A DNA stretch of 64,000 nucleotides from Euryarchaeota archaeon UBA462. GTDB lineage: Archaea > Thermoplasmatota > Poseidoniia > Poseidoniales > Thalassarchaeaceae. Below, in pieces: positions 9,008-19,188 of this stretch. Under the pieces are notes generated by a model. That model saw only the letters and a list, made by a program, of their open reading frames with translations. It searched no databases and was not told the origin of the DNA. The position numbers and the translations under genes are program-made. How positions within the stretch are numbered: the first letter of the stretch is position 1; the number at the start of each line of letters is the position of its first letter. The stretch lies in NCBI GenBank assembly GCA_002506755.1, contig DAYD01000001.1, positions 8,768 through 72,767 on the forward strand, in the 5' to 3' direction.

Positions 9008-10252
9008 ATGAGGTTTGATCATAGTTTACTCGGTGAAGAGGATAGGTTGATTCTGGACAAACTGAGGGAAAGGGGCAAGGCATGGATCGTTGGGGGTTGG
9101 GTTAGGGATTTCCTATCTGGCATTGGTCCTAAGGAGCTAGATATAGCAACAGACCTGAGGCCCGAAGAGGTAGCAGAAATTTTTCCAAGATCTATATTGG
9201 TCGGGGAGAAATACGGGACTATTAGAGTCAGAATCGACCAACCTTCACATGAGGGCAAGATATGGGAAGTGACTACTCTCCGAAAAGATGGGGGCTATGG
9301 GGATGGAAGAAGGCCTGACAATGTCAATTTTGGTTCCAGTATCGAGGAAGACCTCTCAAGGAGAGATTACACGATTAACTCCATGGCCATAGACGATGCC
9401 GGGAATGTGATAGATCCACACGGAGGCATCGGAGACTTGGATAAGGGAATAATTCGCTGCGTTGGTTCACCTAGTGAAAGGATTGGAGAGGACGGACTAC
9501 GGATTATCCGTGCATTCAGATTCATGGAATTGGGCGAAAGGGGCCTTAGGGATTTAGACAGGGGGCTGAGTAAAGCTATTTCCTCAAATTTAGATATGCT
9601 TGAAAAAATTTCACGAGAAAGAGTTTGGTCTGAATTAAAAATAATCTTGTCCGGAACTAATGCTCCCAAGATTGTTGATATTATGCGTACTCATGGCGTA
9701 ATAGACAAAATTCTAGATGGCATAACTCATAGTGAAATTTTTGGAAATTCGACAAACTATTGTGTAAACTTGGCACTAATGTGCAAGGGTGATAACTCAG
9801 ACGGAGAAAAACTATCATCTCTTTTGAAAGAGAAATTAAAACTTTCAAGAGAAGAATCTGCCAATATAAAATTCCTACATGAATGCAGGGAAGTTGAAAT
9901 CGTAGCAAGCGAGAGTGTCGCTAGAGTATTCAGAGCCTCATTACCAGAATCGAGGCAAAGAGATGTGCTCGAGTACCTCTCATGCATGGGTAAGGAAGTG
10001 TCTCAATTCGAGGCCATCCTCGGCAGTTTAAGTGAACTTAGAGCCGGTAATAACCCCCTTATCGACGGCAACACTCTTTCTGCCAAGACTTTACTTAAAC
10101 CTGGAATTAGACTTGGTAGACTTAAAGGATGGCTCCACAGAATACAAATTGAGGAAGATATATCCGAAAAGGCGCAGCTTATCGGCCGGTTAGACCAAAT
10201 GGACTGGGAAGAGGGCGAGCCCGAGAGTTGGCCTTTCCTCGCGTGGCCTTAG
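9008..10252 (+). CDS. cca: Class II (bacterial/eukaryotic-type) CCA tRNA nucleotidyltransferase
   Basis: VGGWVRD, ELDIAT, EVTTLR, DLSRRDYTINSMA, EDGLRIIRAFRF, SRERVWSEL. Confidence 0.88.
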   Translation: MRFDHSLLGEEDRLILDKLRERGKAWIVGGWVRDFLSGIGPKELDIATDLRPEEVAEIFPRSILVGEKYGTIRVRIDQPSHEGKIWEVTTLRKDGGYGDGRRPDNVNFGSSIEEDLSRRDYTINSMAIDDAGNVIDPHGGIGDLDKGIIRCVGSPSERIGEDGLRIIRAFRFMELGERGLRDLDRGLSKAISSNLDMLEKISRERVWSELKIILSGTNAPKIVDIMRTHGVIDKILDGITHSEIFGNSTNYCVNLALMCKGDNSDGEKLSSLLKEKLKLSREESANIKFLHECREVEIVASESVARVFRASLPESRQRDVLEYLSCMGKEVSQFEAILGSLSELRAGNNPLIDGNTLSAKTLLKPGIRLGRLKGWLHRIQIEEDISEKAQLIGRLDQMDWEEGEPESWPFLAWP

Positions 10253-10755
10253 TACATCTCGTTCAGGTACTCGATGTACTCTTGTTCGTTGAGATGCATG
10301 TCGTCATCCCACTCGTGGGGTTTGACTATCATGCACCAACCATCCCCATATGCTTCCTCATTTACTAGGTCTGGATTATCTTCTACGTCCCCATTCAGCT
10401 CAACTATCTTACAAGGAAAGGGGGCATTAATGAGAACTCTGTCGTCGGTGGTCCTTACTGTGACCATCAAGTCATCAACGTCCAGCTCATCCCCCCTGGA
10501 GAGGGGGGCTGACGTGGAATCATCATCATTTTCAGATTCCCCTTCACCGAGATCGATCTGGAATTCGCTATCGTCTTCCGGTTTTGAGAGAACAACCTTG
10601 ACAATGTCGCCATATTCAGCTCTGATAAACTCACTAATTCCTAACTTCACTGTCGTGTCATCTTCGTCATCATCCAATACCTGAACCCAAAGATGGTCCA
10701 ATGTATATTTTCTATCATGAGCCACGCTAAATTCGAAATAATCGCCGCCATTCAT
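10249..10755 (-). CDS. Glycine cleavage H-protein-like protein lacking the canonical lipoyl-Lys
   Basis: YTLDHLWV, LGISEF...GDIV, APFPCKIVELN..VEDNPDLVNEEAYGDGW; ESVK motif replaced by RTTD. Confidence 0.8.
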   Translation of the reverse strand: MNGGDYFEFSVAHDRKYTLDHLWVQVLDDDEDDTTVKLGISEFIRAEYGDIVKVVLSKPEDDSEFQIDLGEGESENDDDSTSAPLSRGDELDVDDLMVTVRTTDDRVLINAPFPCKIVELNGDVEDNPDLVNEEAYGDGWCMIVKPHEWDDDMHLNEQEYIEYLNEMY

Positions 10756-10868
10756 ACGTATACCGACCGGCCGCCCGATAGTTTCCAATTTGAAGTATTC
10801 GATTGACAAGGGTAATATTTGCCTCAAGAGATATTAATACACGGAATGCTTCCGGTCAATCGATAGAA

Positions 10869-12044
10869 ATGGATTTTGGTGAAACGGAAGAACAGGGCAT
10901 GATCAGAGAGATGGTCAGAAGCTTTGCAGAGGAGCATTTGTCACCGACTTGCTTGGAGAGGGACAGAGATCAGAGGGCCCCCCTTGAGGAATGGAAGATA
11001 TTCTGTGAAAATACTGGCCTCCAAGGAATTACAATTCCTGAGGAATACGGAGGAAGCCCGATCGATGATGTTTCGGAGGCGATAATTGTGGAAGAATTAG
11101 CGAGAGTGGATCCTTCTTTCTCGGTAATGTATTGTGTTCATGTCGGGCTTTGTTCAATGACCATAGCCCTCCACGGCAACGATCAACAAAAAAGGAGATA
11201 CCTTACTAGATTGGCAAACAATGAGATTGGGGCCTACTCCTTATCCGAAGCAGGAGCAGGCACAGATGCGGCTTCAATGGTTTGCAGGGCTAAATTAAAC
11301 GATGAGGGTTCCCATTATCTGCTAAATGGAGAGAAGATGTGGGTAACGAATGGTTCTAGTGCGGACATCTACGTCCTATTCGCCAAAGACGTAGATCATT
11401 CAGACTATGGGAAAAAGAAGCATGGAGGGACAACTGCATTCATAATTGAAAAATCGTTTGAGGGATTCTCGATTGGTAAGAAGGAAGATAAACTCGGAAT
11501 ACGATCCAGTGACACCTGTTCATTAGTACTGCAGGACTGTAAAGTGCCTGTTGAGAATGTTCTCAATTTGGCTGGAGAAGGTTTTCCAATCGCGATGAAC
11601 GCACTTGACAATTCGAGAATAGGAATTGCAGCACAAGCCTTGGGAATCGCGCAAGGTTCCTATGAAGCTGCACTTAGTTATGCGCACGAGAGGGAGGCGT
11701 TTGGCAAACCGATTGCACACCATCAAAGTATAGGCAACTACTTGGCGGACATGGCCACAAGAATTGAGGCTGCTAGGATGGTTGTTTACAAAGCTGCATG
11801 GGCTAAACAACAACATTACGAAAACGGCGCTAATAGGCATACCAAAGAGGCCAGTATGGCAAAGCTGTTCGCTGGAGACACTGCAATGTGGGTCTCAGAG
11901 AGAGCGGTACAGGTACTAGGAGGGTATGGTTACACCACCGACTTCCCAGTTGAGAGATTCTTTAGAGATGCAAAAATAACCCAGATATACGAAGGAACTC
12001 AGGAAGTCCAACGGATTGTGATAAATAGATTAATTTCTCCCTAG
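10869..12044 (+). CDS. Acyl-CoA dehydrogenase (short/branched-chain-like)
   Basis: YSLSEAGAGTD, LNGEKMWVTNG, EDKLGIRSSDT, GGYGY..DFPVERFFRDAKITQIYEGT. Confidence 0.95.
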   Translation: MDFGETEEQGMIREMVRSFAEEHLSPTCLERDRDQRAPLEEWKIFCENTGLQGITIPEEYGGSPIDDVSEAIIVEELARVDPSFSVMYCVHVGLCSMTIALHGNDQQKRRYLTRLANNEIGAYSLSEAGAGTDAASMVCRAKLNDEGSHYLLNGEKMWVTNGSSADIYVLFAKDVDHSDYGKKKHGGTTAFIIEKSFEGFSIGKKEDKLGIRSSDTCSLVLQDCKVPVENVLNLAGEGFPIAMNALDNSRIGIAAQALGIAQGSYEAALSYAHEREAFGKPIAHHQSIGNYLADMATRIEAARMVVYKAAWAKQQHYENGANRHTKEASMAKLFAGDTAMWVSERAVQVLGGYGYTTDFPVERFFRDAKITQIYEGTQEVQRIVINRLISP

Positions 12045-12053
12045 GATGATATC

Positions 12054-13307
12054 TTGAGAAAATATCCAATCGATGCGATTAGAGAGGCTTTTCCCGGCCT
12101 AAAAAGATCAACGGGCGGAAGGAACGCTATCTTTTTCGATGGCCCCGGAGGTAGCCAGGTTCCAAATTCTGTGGCAAAAGCCGTAAGCAATTATCTAATT
12201 CACCACAATGCAAACACGGGAATGTCTTTCGAGACTTCCTTGGAGACTGACAGGATTATATCAGAATCATTGCAAGCTTGCTCTGACCTCCTAGGTGCAT
12301 CAAATCCAAATGAAATAATATTTGGACAAAATATGACTAGCCTGAACATACAACTCGCGAGCGCTCTAAGCCGGACATGGGGTGTTGGAGATGAAGTCGT
12401 GGTGACCAGACTTGATCACGATGGAAATGTAAGACCTTGGGCATTGGCAGCAGAATGGTCTGGGGCAACCTTGAGGAAGATTGACGTTGATCCAAAAGAT
12501 TGCACTCTGGATATGGAATCAGTGCTCGAGAACATTACAGAAAATACTGTATTAGTAGCATTGGGGGCTGCATCTAATCTATCTGGGACAATTAATGATG
12601 TTCGAAAGATTGCCGATATTGCTCATCAATTTGGGGCAGAAGTTGTTGTTGATGCGGTACATTATGCCCCCCATTCGTTAATTGATATTGAGGAAATGAG
12701 GTGCGATTACCTGTTATGCTCACCTTACAAGTTCTTCGGCCCGCACCAGGGCTTACTCTGGGGCAGAGCTGAACGAATGTCCAAGTTGCCAGTTGCAAAA
12801 CTGAGGGTTTCATCGGAGATAATGCCTTTCAGATGGATGACTGGAACGCAGAGCCATGAGGGCATGGCAGGAACAATGGCTGCTATTGATCACATTGCCT
12901 GGATAGGTAGGGAATACTCGGGTGATGAAAGTTTGTCAAGAAGGAATGCGCTAATCAGTGCTTATGATGCTATCGAGAAACATGAGAGGGCTCTATGCCT
13001 AAGGATGCTCGAAGGTTTGGGCGAAATAGATGGACTAAGGATTTGGGGCGTGACTGACCCCCAGAGGATAGCTGAGAGGTCACCCACGATTTCTTTCACC
13101 CACCCATCAATCAGTGCAGGAGAAATTGCAAAGATTTTGGCCAACAAGGGTATTTTTGTCTGGTCAGGTAACTTCTATGCCCTAGAGTTAACTGAGTTCC
13201 TTGATTTAGAACCAGAAGGAGTTCTTAGAGCAGGTGTTCTTCACTACAATACTATGGGGGAAGTCGAGGATTTCATATCCGAAGTAAGGGAAATATTGGC
13301 CAGTTAG
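12054..13307 (+). CDS. Cysteine desulfurase-like class V aminotransferase (VC1184-like)
   Basis: FFDGPGGSQVP, LDHDGN..PW, VDAVHYAPH, SPYKFFGPH; GNFYA in place of the catalytic Cys loop. Confidence 0.88.
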   Translation: MRKYPIDAIREAFPGLKRSTGGRNAIFFDGPGGSQVPNSVAKAVSNYLIHHNANTGMSFETSLETDRIISESLQACSDLLGASNPNEIIFGQNMTSLNIQLASALSRTWGVGDEVVVTRLDHDGNVRPWALAAEWSGATLRKIDVDPKDCTLDMESVLENITENTVLVALGAASNLSGTINDVRKIADIAHQFGAEVVVDAVHYAPHSLIDIEEMRCDYLLCSPYKFFGPHQGLLWGRAERMSKLPVAKLRVSSEIMPFRWMTGTQSHEGMAGTMAAIDHIAWIGREYSGDESLSRRNALISAYDAIEKHERALCLRMLEGLGEIDGLRIWGVTDPQRIAERSPTISFTHPSISAGEIAKILANKGIFVWSGNFYALELTEFLDLEPEGVLRAGVLHYNTMGEVEDFISEVREILAS

Positions 13308-14858
13308 CTATTCCACCCATTCGTACCTTCTCTGACCCTCGAGCTTACCTTCTCCGCCTATCTCCATCAGGGCAAACTCAGAGTTGGGCTTTACAACGGA
13401 CCTCTTCCTCTTACCTTTGTGGAGTGCCTCGTAAACTGACTTATTTATTGCATGACGAGTATTCAGCCTTTCGAAAAGGTGGAACCTAGAGGCTATTTCC
13501 CTCCAACTTGATTGGACAATGCCCTCGAAAACCTTCGCCTTGGCCCCTGATCCATACCCGCATAGTCCTATTCTCTTTGATTCCATCTCAGTATCATCAA
13601 GATAGTCTGATTCCACCGCTGACATTAGCGCAAGAAAAATTGAACCAGTATACTGATTACCAATCAAACTTGATGCACGTTGGGTCTTTTCTATCCTTTG
13701 GAAAACGAATTCCTTAAATTCCTCGGTCTTTGAAATTAGGCGACGATATGAGTCATTTGCCTTCTCGAATTGCTCTATGCCCTCAGGAGTATCGGGGAAA
13801 TCCTCAGGAAAGGGTTCTGGACCAATTTCTTCTGTGATTTTCTCCCAAATTGGTAAATTTCTCCTATCGTGACGAAATACGTCTGGAAACATCCTTTTTC
13901 CCTGGAAAGCATAGGGCAGGTGTACTATTATTCTGCTCCACTGATTAGTGAGGATCTCATCAATCTCTGGGTCATACCTTCCTTCCTGAATTGATTTTGA
14001 GCGAAAATCTATGAAGGCCTGTTTCACGGATTCTGAGTAGCACCGATTAGAGAATTGACCATCAAAAATGGGAGTGTCTTTGTGAATCATAATTTTTTCA
14101 TTTTCAAAAATCACATCGTTTTTCTTGCTAGATCGGGGGAGGTACTTTAGGATCTTCTCGGCGAGATTGGAAGTGAAATTAGCCCCTGATTCTTCGGCGA
14201 GTTCGAGTACATTCTCTACGACAGTTCTGGTTTCAACTTCTCTTCTTGGCTTGAAGAAATCATGTACTGGCATCGTAGAAACCCCCCATATATCGGGAAT
14301 GGCCAGAAGACGTGGATTGTGTCGGATGAGAATAGCACCCCCTCCCGCACCCTGTGTATACTCTCCAGAAGAGCCTAGATCGTACTTCGCATTATCAGCG
14401 AAGACCACGATTCCAATCCTATTCCTAACTTCACCACCTCTAGCTACCCAGTCCAAGGTGTTGTGCATAGCATCTACAGCCCCTATGCATGCAAACGTCA
14501 TGTCGACTACATCGCAGTTTCTGAAACAATCATCACCAAACTTGGATGAGTACCTTTGCTCTAGCATATCCATGATGTATGTCGCTGTTGGCTTAGCTCC
14601 ATCCAAGGCAGACTCGGTGCCTAGGTAAATCCTACCAATCGAGGATGGGTCAATTGAGTTCCGATCGATTAGCCGAGAGACTGCATTTGCACCCATGGTT
14701 GCCGTGTCTTCGTGGACATCGGGTATTGCCATAGCTTCCAGTCCGAGCCCTTTGTTCAATTTCCCATAGTCAGCCCCACGGAATTCCGCAAAGTCCTGCA
14801 TTGCGAAATACAACCTCGGGAAATGTATCGCTATGTCATCAATCCCTACTTCCGTCAT
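13308..14858 (-). CDS. Hydroxymethylglutaryl-CoA synthase (long bacterial-type)
   Basis: GTESALDGAKP, FACIG catalytic Cys, GEYTQGAG, HLPY, GNQYTGSIFLAL, GYGSG. Confidence 0.9.
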   Translation of the reverse strand: MTEVGIDDIAIHFPRLYFAMQDFAEFRGADYGKLNKGLGLEAMAIPDVHEDTATMGANAVSRLIDRNSIDPSSIGRIYLGTESALDGAKPTATYIMDMLEQRYSSKFGDDCFRNCDVVDMTFACIGAVDAMHNTLDWVARGGEVRNRIGIVVFADNAKYDLGSSGEYTQGAGGGAILIRHNPRLLAIPDIWGVSTMPVHDFFKPRREVETRTVVENVLELAEESGANFTSNLAEKILKYLPRSSKKNDVIFENEKIMIHKDTPIFDGQFSNRCYSESVKQAFIDFRSKSIQEGRYDPEIDEILTNQWSRIIVHLPYAFQGKRMFPDVFRHDRRNLPIWEKITEEIGPEPFPEDFPDTPEGIEQFEKANDSYRRLISKTEEFKEFVFQRIEKTQRASSLIGNQYTGSIFLALMSAVESDYLDDTEMESKRIGLCGYGSGAKAKVFEGIVQSSWREIASRFHLFERLNTRHAINKSVYEALHKGKRKRSVVKPNSEFALMEIGGEGKLEGQRRYEWVE

Positions 14859-14944
14859 GTCATTCCCCCTACCGTCGGGAAATGGACTACATTATCATCC
14901 CTATGGAATTGAAATCCAACATCTCGGCATATTTGATCGATCTA

Positions 14945-16066
14945 TCAAATTCCGGTTATTTCATTTATCGAATCAACTAGATCTGATTTTTGAGAGAGGT
15001 GTTCTGAAACGTGCTCGAGTACCTCGGAAAGTCCATCCGCTACTGCGAATTTGGCATCTAATGGGTGTATTTCTCCCCCAGAAACTGCATCAATGAATTT
15101 GTCCAAATCATCCCAATCAGATGGATCTCCGTACTTTGGATCAGGAGATACTGTAATCGAACCTCGCTTTGGGAGCACTATATGTTTAGCGATTTCAAAG
15201 ACTGGAGATTCGGAATTTCCAATTTCCAAGAATGCCTTTTTCATCTTTTTCCGAATTTTATCATGGCCATCATCGAGCAGAATCGCATTTCCGGGGTCGG
15301 ACTTGGACATCTTGTGATCAAAGGATTCCATCCTCCCACCATGACCCTTCAAGCCTGATAGCATCGGGGTGTGAATACAGGTGGCCTTTGTCCAATCAAA
15401 CCTATCTGCTACTTCCCTCATGTACATGTGTGCCTTCCGCTGATCCATGCCTCCAAAAGCAATGTCCACCTTTAGCTCAAAAACGTCAGCTGCCTGTAGT
15501 GCCGGATAAAAAAAGGCAGAGAGGTCGTGATCAGAGGAGTCTTCATCTCGACCCATTATACTGAATGTTCTCCTCACCCTTGATAGACTCATATTTTTTG
15601 AACATCGAAGAACCCTTTCCCAGTATTTTCCCGAATCCATGAGCTCTGATGCACTTAGAAACCTCAATTCTCCTGCTCCTACTCCCTCGGGAGGGTTTTT
15701 CAGCATCGCTCTAAATATCTCAGAGAGGTACTTCCCGGAAGTGGTAATTTTTTCCATATCACGGTCAAATTTGTCATTTACCCATGCATGCCAATCGGCG
15801 AGTAGGATGATTACATTAACGCCCTCATCAAGCAAATTTTTTATTGTATCCGCCAAGATCATATAAGCCAGATGAGCCTTTCCACTCGGCTCTAGGCCTA
15901 TGTAAGCCACTAACTGTCCATCGCCGGAGTGAGATGGCCCTCCGTCCAAAACAGAGGCTACATGATCAACTCCGATTACCTCTTGGCATCCTGAAAACAT
16001 TCTCTCTATTCTATCCCTAGAACTCTGGTCAAGCTTGGAAAGTGCGCTTTCGTCGTACATTGACAC
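14945..16066 (-). CDS. tyrS: Tyrosine--tRNA ligase (archaeal type)
   Basis: YIGLEPSG, LADWHAWVN, YPALQAAD, GGMDQRKAHM, KMSKS. Confidence 0.95.
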   Translation of the reverse strand: MSMYDESALSKLDQSSRDRIERMFSGCQEVIGVDHVASVLDGGPSHSGDGQLVAYIGLEPSGKAHLAYMILADTIKNLLDEGVNVIILLADWHAWVNDKFDRDMEKITTSGKYLSEIFRAMLKNPPEGVGAGELRFLSASELMDSGKYWERVLRCSKNMSLSRVRRTFSIMGRDEDSSDHDLSAFFYPALQAADVFELKVDIAFGGMDQRKAHMYMREVADRFDWTKATCIHTPMLSGLKGHGGRMESFDHKMSKSDPGNAILLDDGHDKIRKKMKKAFLEIGNSESPVFEIAKHIVLPKRGSITVSPDPKYGDPSDWDDLDKFIDAVSGGEIHPLDAKFAVADGLSEVLEHVSEHLSQKSDLVDSINEITGI

Positions 16067-16068
16067 AC

Positions 16069-16581
16069 CTAATTGAACAGCTTGTTGAGTTTCTCTGCGC
16101 GACCAGCTGCCTTTGTATTTTCATTGGCATTCAACAAGGATTCGATTTCCTCGATTAATGAATTTGCTTGGCTCATCTTATCCTCTGAAATATTATCTGA
16201 CATTTCCATAAAATGATGTGCTGAAGAAATAGCTGATTTTGCCTTTGCCGCTTTCTTAGCCCACTCCTTCGCTTTATCACCGCGTTGTTTGGAATTGTAT
16301 CCTGTTGCTTTGTCCAAGAAGGAGGTCCACCTTTTCCGATCCTCCATGGCTGACTTCATGGACTCTGGATCATCAAAATCGGGAGGTACGTTCGTGACAT
16401 CAACAATCAGAGCACCGTTTTCGAATCTTGCTTCAATAGAGGTCATGACCCCATGTGATGCACTAAAAGAGCTCTCTGAATTTCCCTCAACACTCTCGAA
16501 AAATTCTCTTGCGAGCTCTGGCAAGCCACCATTTGCATCAACTTCTTTGATTAGTCCCCTTCGAACGTCAAATCTCTCCAT
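16069..16581 (-). CDS. Conserved archaeal protein (DUF5611-like) with helical C-terminal extension
   Basis: WTSFLDKATGYNSKQR resembles the FLExATGYxxKxR signature; co-oriented with tyrS. Confidence 0.55.
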   Translation of the reverse strand: MERFDVRRGLIKEVDANGGLPELAREFFESVEGNSESSFSASHGVMTSIEARFENGALIVDVTNVPPDFDDPESMKSAMEDRKRWTSFLDKATGYNSKQRGDKAKEWAKKAAKAKSAISSAHHFMEMSDNISEDKMSQANSLIEEIESLLNANENTKAAGRAEKLNKLFN

Positions 16582-16677
16582 TGTACCCCCGGAGGAAGAA
16601 GTCCACTTCAATACTGTTGAACAGGAACGGTCAATTTGTACTACAATGGCTAAACGGTATTCAGGGGTCCGAAGTGT

Positions 16678-17913
16678 GTGAAGAGAGCCGGTGGCCCCAT
16701 TTTTTATGCGGTAATCTTAGTACTATGTTTGCCTCTAGTTTCTGCCAAGTCTACGGTAAGTCTGGAAAATTTAGTTAGATTGGAAGACGGTGACCTAGGT
16801 CTAGAAGGAGCGGCAATTTCTCCGAATGGGGAGGTTGTAGTGGCCCATGGCGCTGACTCAGCGATATTTCTGATTGACCCAGAAGATCCAGAAAATAATT
16901 CCAGGTTACAACCTCAAGTAGACTCGATTTTGTATGACTCTTCTTTCCACCCCGGTTCTAGATCGGCATTAATCGTTGGAGAAGAGGGAGTTGTTTTGAG
17001 ATTATTAATTTCTAACAACTCCGTAGAGAGAGTAGGCGGGACCCTTGAATTTGGAAATACCGACTTATTCGCAGTTTCCTGGAATGGGGATGGCAGTTGG
17101 GCTTACGTCGGAGGGGAGTCAGGGTGGATTTGGAGGATACGAAGTATTGCAGAAGGAGAATTGGAGGCAATTCCTTTAGAAGGAAGAGGTGAGAGTGACG
17201 TAAATGGGATATCATGCATCTCTGGACTTAGGGTCTGCGTAATTTCGTCCAGCGTAGATGGGATTGGCATAATTGACGAAAACCATAGAATAAGCTGGAT
17301 TGGGGCTGTTGGACACCCTTGGGTTGACGTAGTCTGCCCCTCTGTAAGTCAGGCAAGCTGTGTTTGCGTATCCACCGATTTGACCATAGCAGTTGTGAGT
17401 ATTAACCAGAATAATGCTTCAAGATCTACGATATTTGACAATGATATTGTTCAATTACAAGGCGTAGAAGGGAAGGTTCGGGGGATTGTGCACCAATATG
17501 AGGGCAGATCCCTTATTTCAGTCGAGCCATTTGGATTGATTGAGCATGATCTAAAAGAGAGGATTTCATTCGAATGGGTCGGAAATTCAGATGCTGTGAA
17601 CTTTAGTGTACAGGTTTCCGATGAAAGAATTGCCTCAACTTGGGGAAACGGTGCATTCGATGGATGGTTAATCACTAAGGAGGGAACAATGGTGTCCTTT
17701 TCTATCGATCAGGAAGAACATGGAAGCGGGATTCTTGGGATTTGGATTGGAGTGGTAATAATTGGAGGGACTGCGCTACTTTTAGTGAGTTTGTTAACAA
17801 GTTCTTCGCCAAAACTCTCCAGAATCATGGCGAAATGGATAGGAAGTGAAGAAGAAAAGAAGAGGGCGATAAGGGAAGAGCGTATGCGGACTAGGAAAAG
17901 GAAGCGAGCATAG
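16678..17913 (+). CDS. Secreted beta-propeller-like protein with C-terminal membrane anchor
   Basis: Signal-like N-terminus, WD/YVTN-like blades (ISPNG, FHPG, SWNGDG), C-terminal TM plus basic tail. Confidence 0.65.
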   Translation: MKRAGGPIFYAVILVLCLPLVSAKSTVSLENLVRLEDGDLGLEGAAISPNGEVVVAHGADSAIFLIDPEDPENNSRLQPQVDSILYDSSFHPGSRSALIVGEEGVVLRLLISNNSVERVGGTLEFGNTDLFAVSWNGDGSWAYVGGESGWIWRIRSIAEGELEAIPLEGRGESDVNGISCISGLRVCVISSSVDGIGIIDENHRISWIGAVGHPWVDVVCPSVSQASCVCVSTDLTIAVVSINQNNASRSTIFDNDIVQLQGVEGKVRGIVHQYEGRSLISVEPFGLIEHDLKERISFEWVGNSDAVNFSVQVSDERIASTWGNGAFDGWLITKEGTMVSFSIDQEEHGSGILGIWIGVVIIGGTALLLVSLLTSSSPKLSRIMAKWIGSEEEKKRAIREERMRTRKRKRA

Positions 17914-17917
17914 ATTC

Positions 17918-19123
17918 ATGAGTAGGTTGTCTCGCGGCATGATGAGGAATATGGCATACGAAGCACTTGACTTCTACGATATTGATTCTATGCTCTCTGA
18001 AGAAGAGAGGATGGTCAGAGACATGGTGAGGGACTGGGTCGAAGATAGGGTGATACCAAACATCGAGGAAGCTTGCAGAGACGGGGTTTTTCCTGATGAT
18101 TGGAGGAAAGAAATCGGAGAAATGGGGATACTTGGGGCGCCATTAAAGGGGTACGGTTGTCCCGGGCTATCTTACATAGCATATGGATTAATTTGCCAGG
18201 AGCTTGAAAGAGGAGACAGTGGAGTTCGCTCGTTTGCTAGCGTACAAGGTTCATTAGCGATGTATCCAATACATGACTTTGGATCTGAGGAGCAGAAGGA
18301 GTACTACCTTCCCAAAATGGCCTCGGGAGAGTGGGTAGGTTGTTTTGGGCTAACTGAGCCGGACTATGGATCAAATCCGGGGGACATGATAACTCGAGCT
18401 GAAGATAAGGGAGACCATTTTCTCTTGAATGGTGCTAAGATGTGGATCACAAACGGAACAATTGCAGATTTGGCCGTGGTCTGGGCAAAACTAGACGGGG
18501 AAATCAAGGGCTTCATAGTTGAGAAGGGGGATGAGGGTTTTTCGGCGCCTGAGATGAAGGGAAAGCATTCTCTCAAGGCTAGCGTGACAAGCGAGTTGGT
18601 TTTTCAAGATTGCAAAATTCCGAAAAACAGGATACTTCCGGATGTTAAAGGCCTTAGAGGGCCATTTAGTTGCTTAAATAATGCAAGGTATGGCATATCT
18701 TGGGGAGCCGTTGGTGCAGCCCAATCCTGCTTTAATTCCGCCAAGGAGTATTCGCTTAGTAGAATTCAATTCGGGCACCCCATAGCTTCGTTCCAACTCA
18801 TCCAGAACAAACTTTCTTGGATGTTGAGGGAGATCACTAAAGGACAGCTTCTAGCCTACCACATGGGAAAAAAGAAAGATGATGGCACATGGATTCCAGA
18901 ACAAATCTCTCTGGCGAAGATGAACAACGTCGATATGGCCCTTGAAATCGCTAGAATGTCCAGAGATATTCATGGGGCGAATGGAATTCTTGACGAGTAT
19001 CCTGTTATGAGGCACATGGCTAATCTGGAATCCGTGAAGACTTACGAGGGTACACACGACATCCACAATCTCATTCTTGGCAGGCATATCACAGGAATTC
19101 AGTCTTTCACTAGAGAGCCCTGA
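17918..19123 (+). CDS. Glutaryl-CoA dehydrogenase-like acyl-CoA dehydrogenase
   Basis: ELERGDSGVRSFASVQGSL, CFGLTEPDYGSNP, RHMANLESVKTYEGTHDIH; start may be 17951. Confidence 0.9.
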   Translation: MSRLSRGMMRNMAYEALDFYDIDSMLSEEERMVRDMVRDWVEDRVIPNIEEACRDGVFPDDWRKEIGEMGILGAPLKGYGCPGLSYIAYGLICQELERGDSGVRSFASVQGSLAMYPIHDFGSEEQKEYYLPKMASGEWVGCFGLTEPDYGSNPGDMITRAEDKGDHFLLNGAKMWITNGTIADLAVVWAKLDGEIKGFIVEKGDEGFSAPEMKGKHSLKASVTSELVFQDCKIPKNRILPDVKGLRGPFSCLNNARYGISWGAVGAAQSCFNSAKEYSLSRIQFGHPIASFQLIQNKLSWMLREITKGQLLAYHMGKKKDDGTWIPEQISLAKMNNVDMALEIARMSRDIHGANGILDEYPVMRHMANLESVKTYEGTHDIHNLILGRHITGIQSFTREP

Positions 19124-19188
19124 TCCAGTTAGATTTGCGCGTCCCAATATTGAAAGAGTCCCCAACGATCCAAGGTTCAGTTTTCAAT

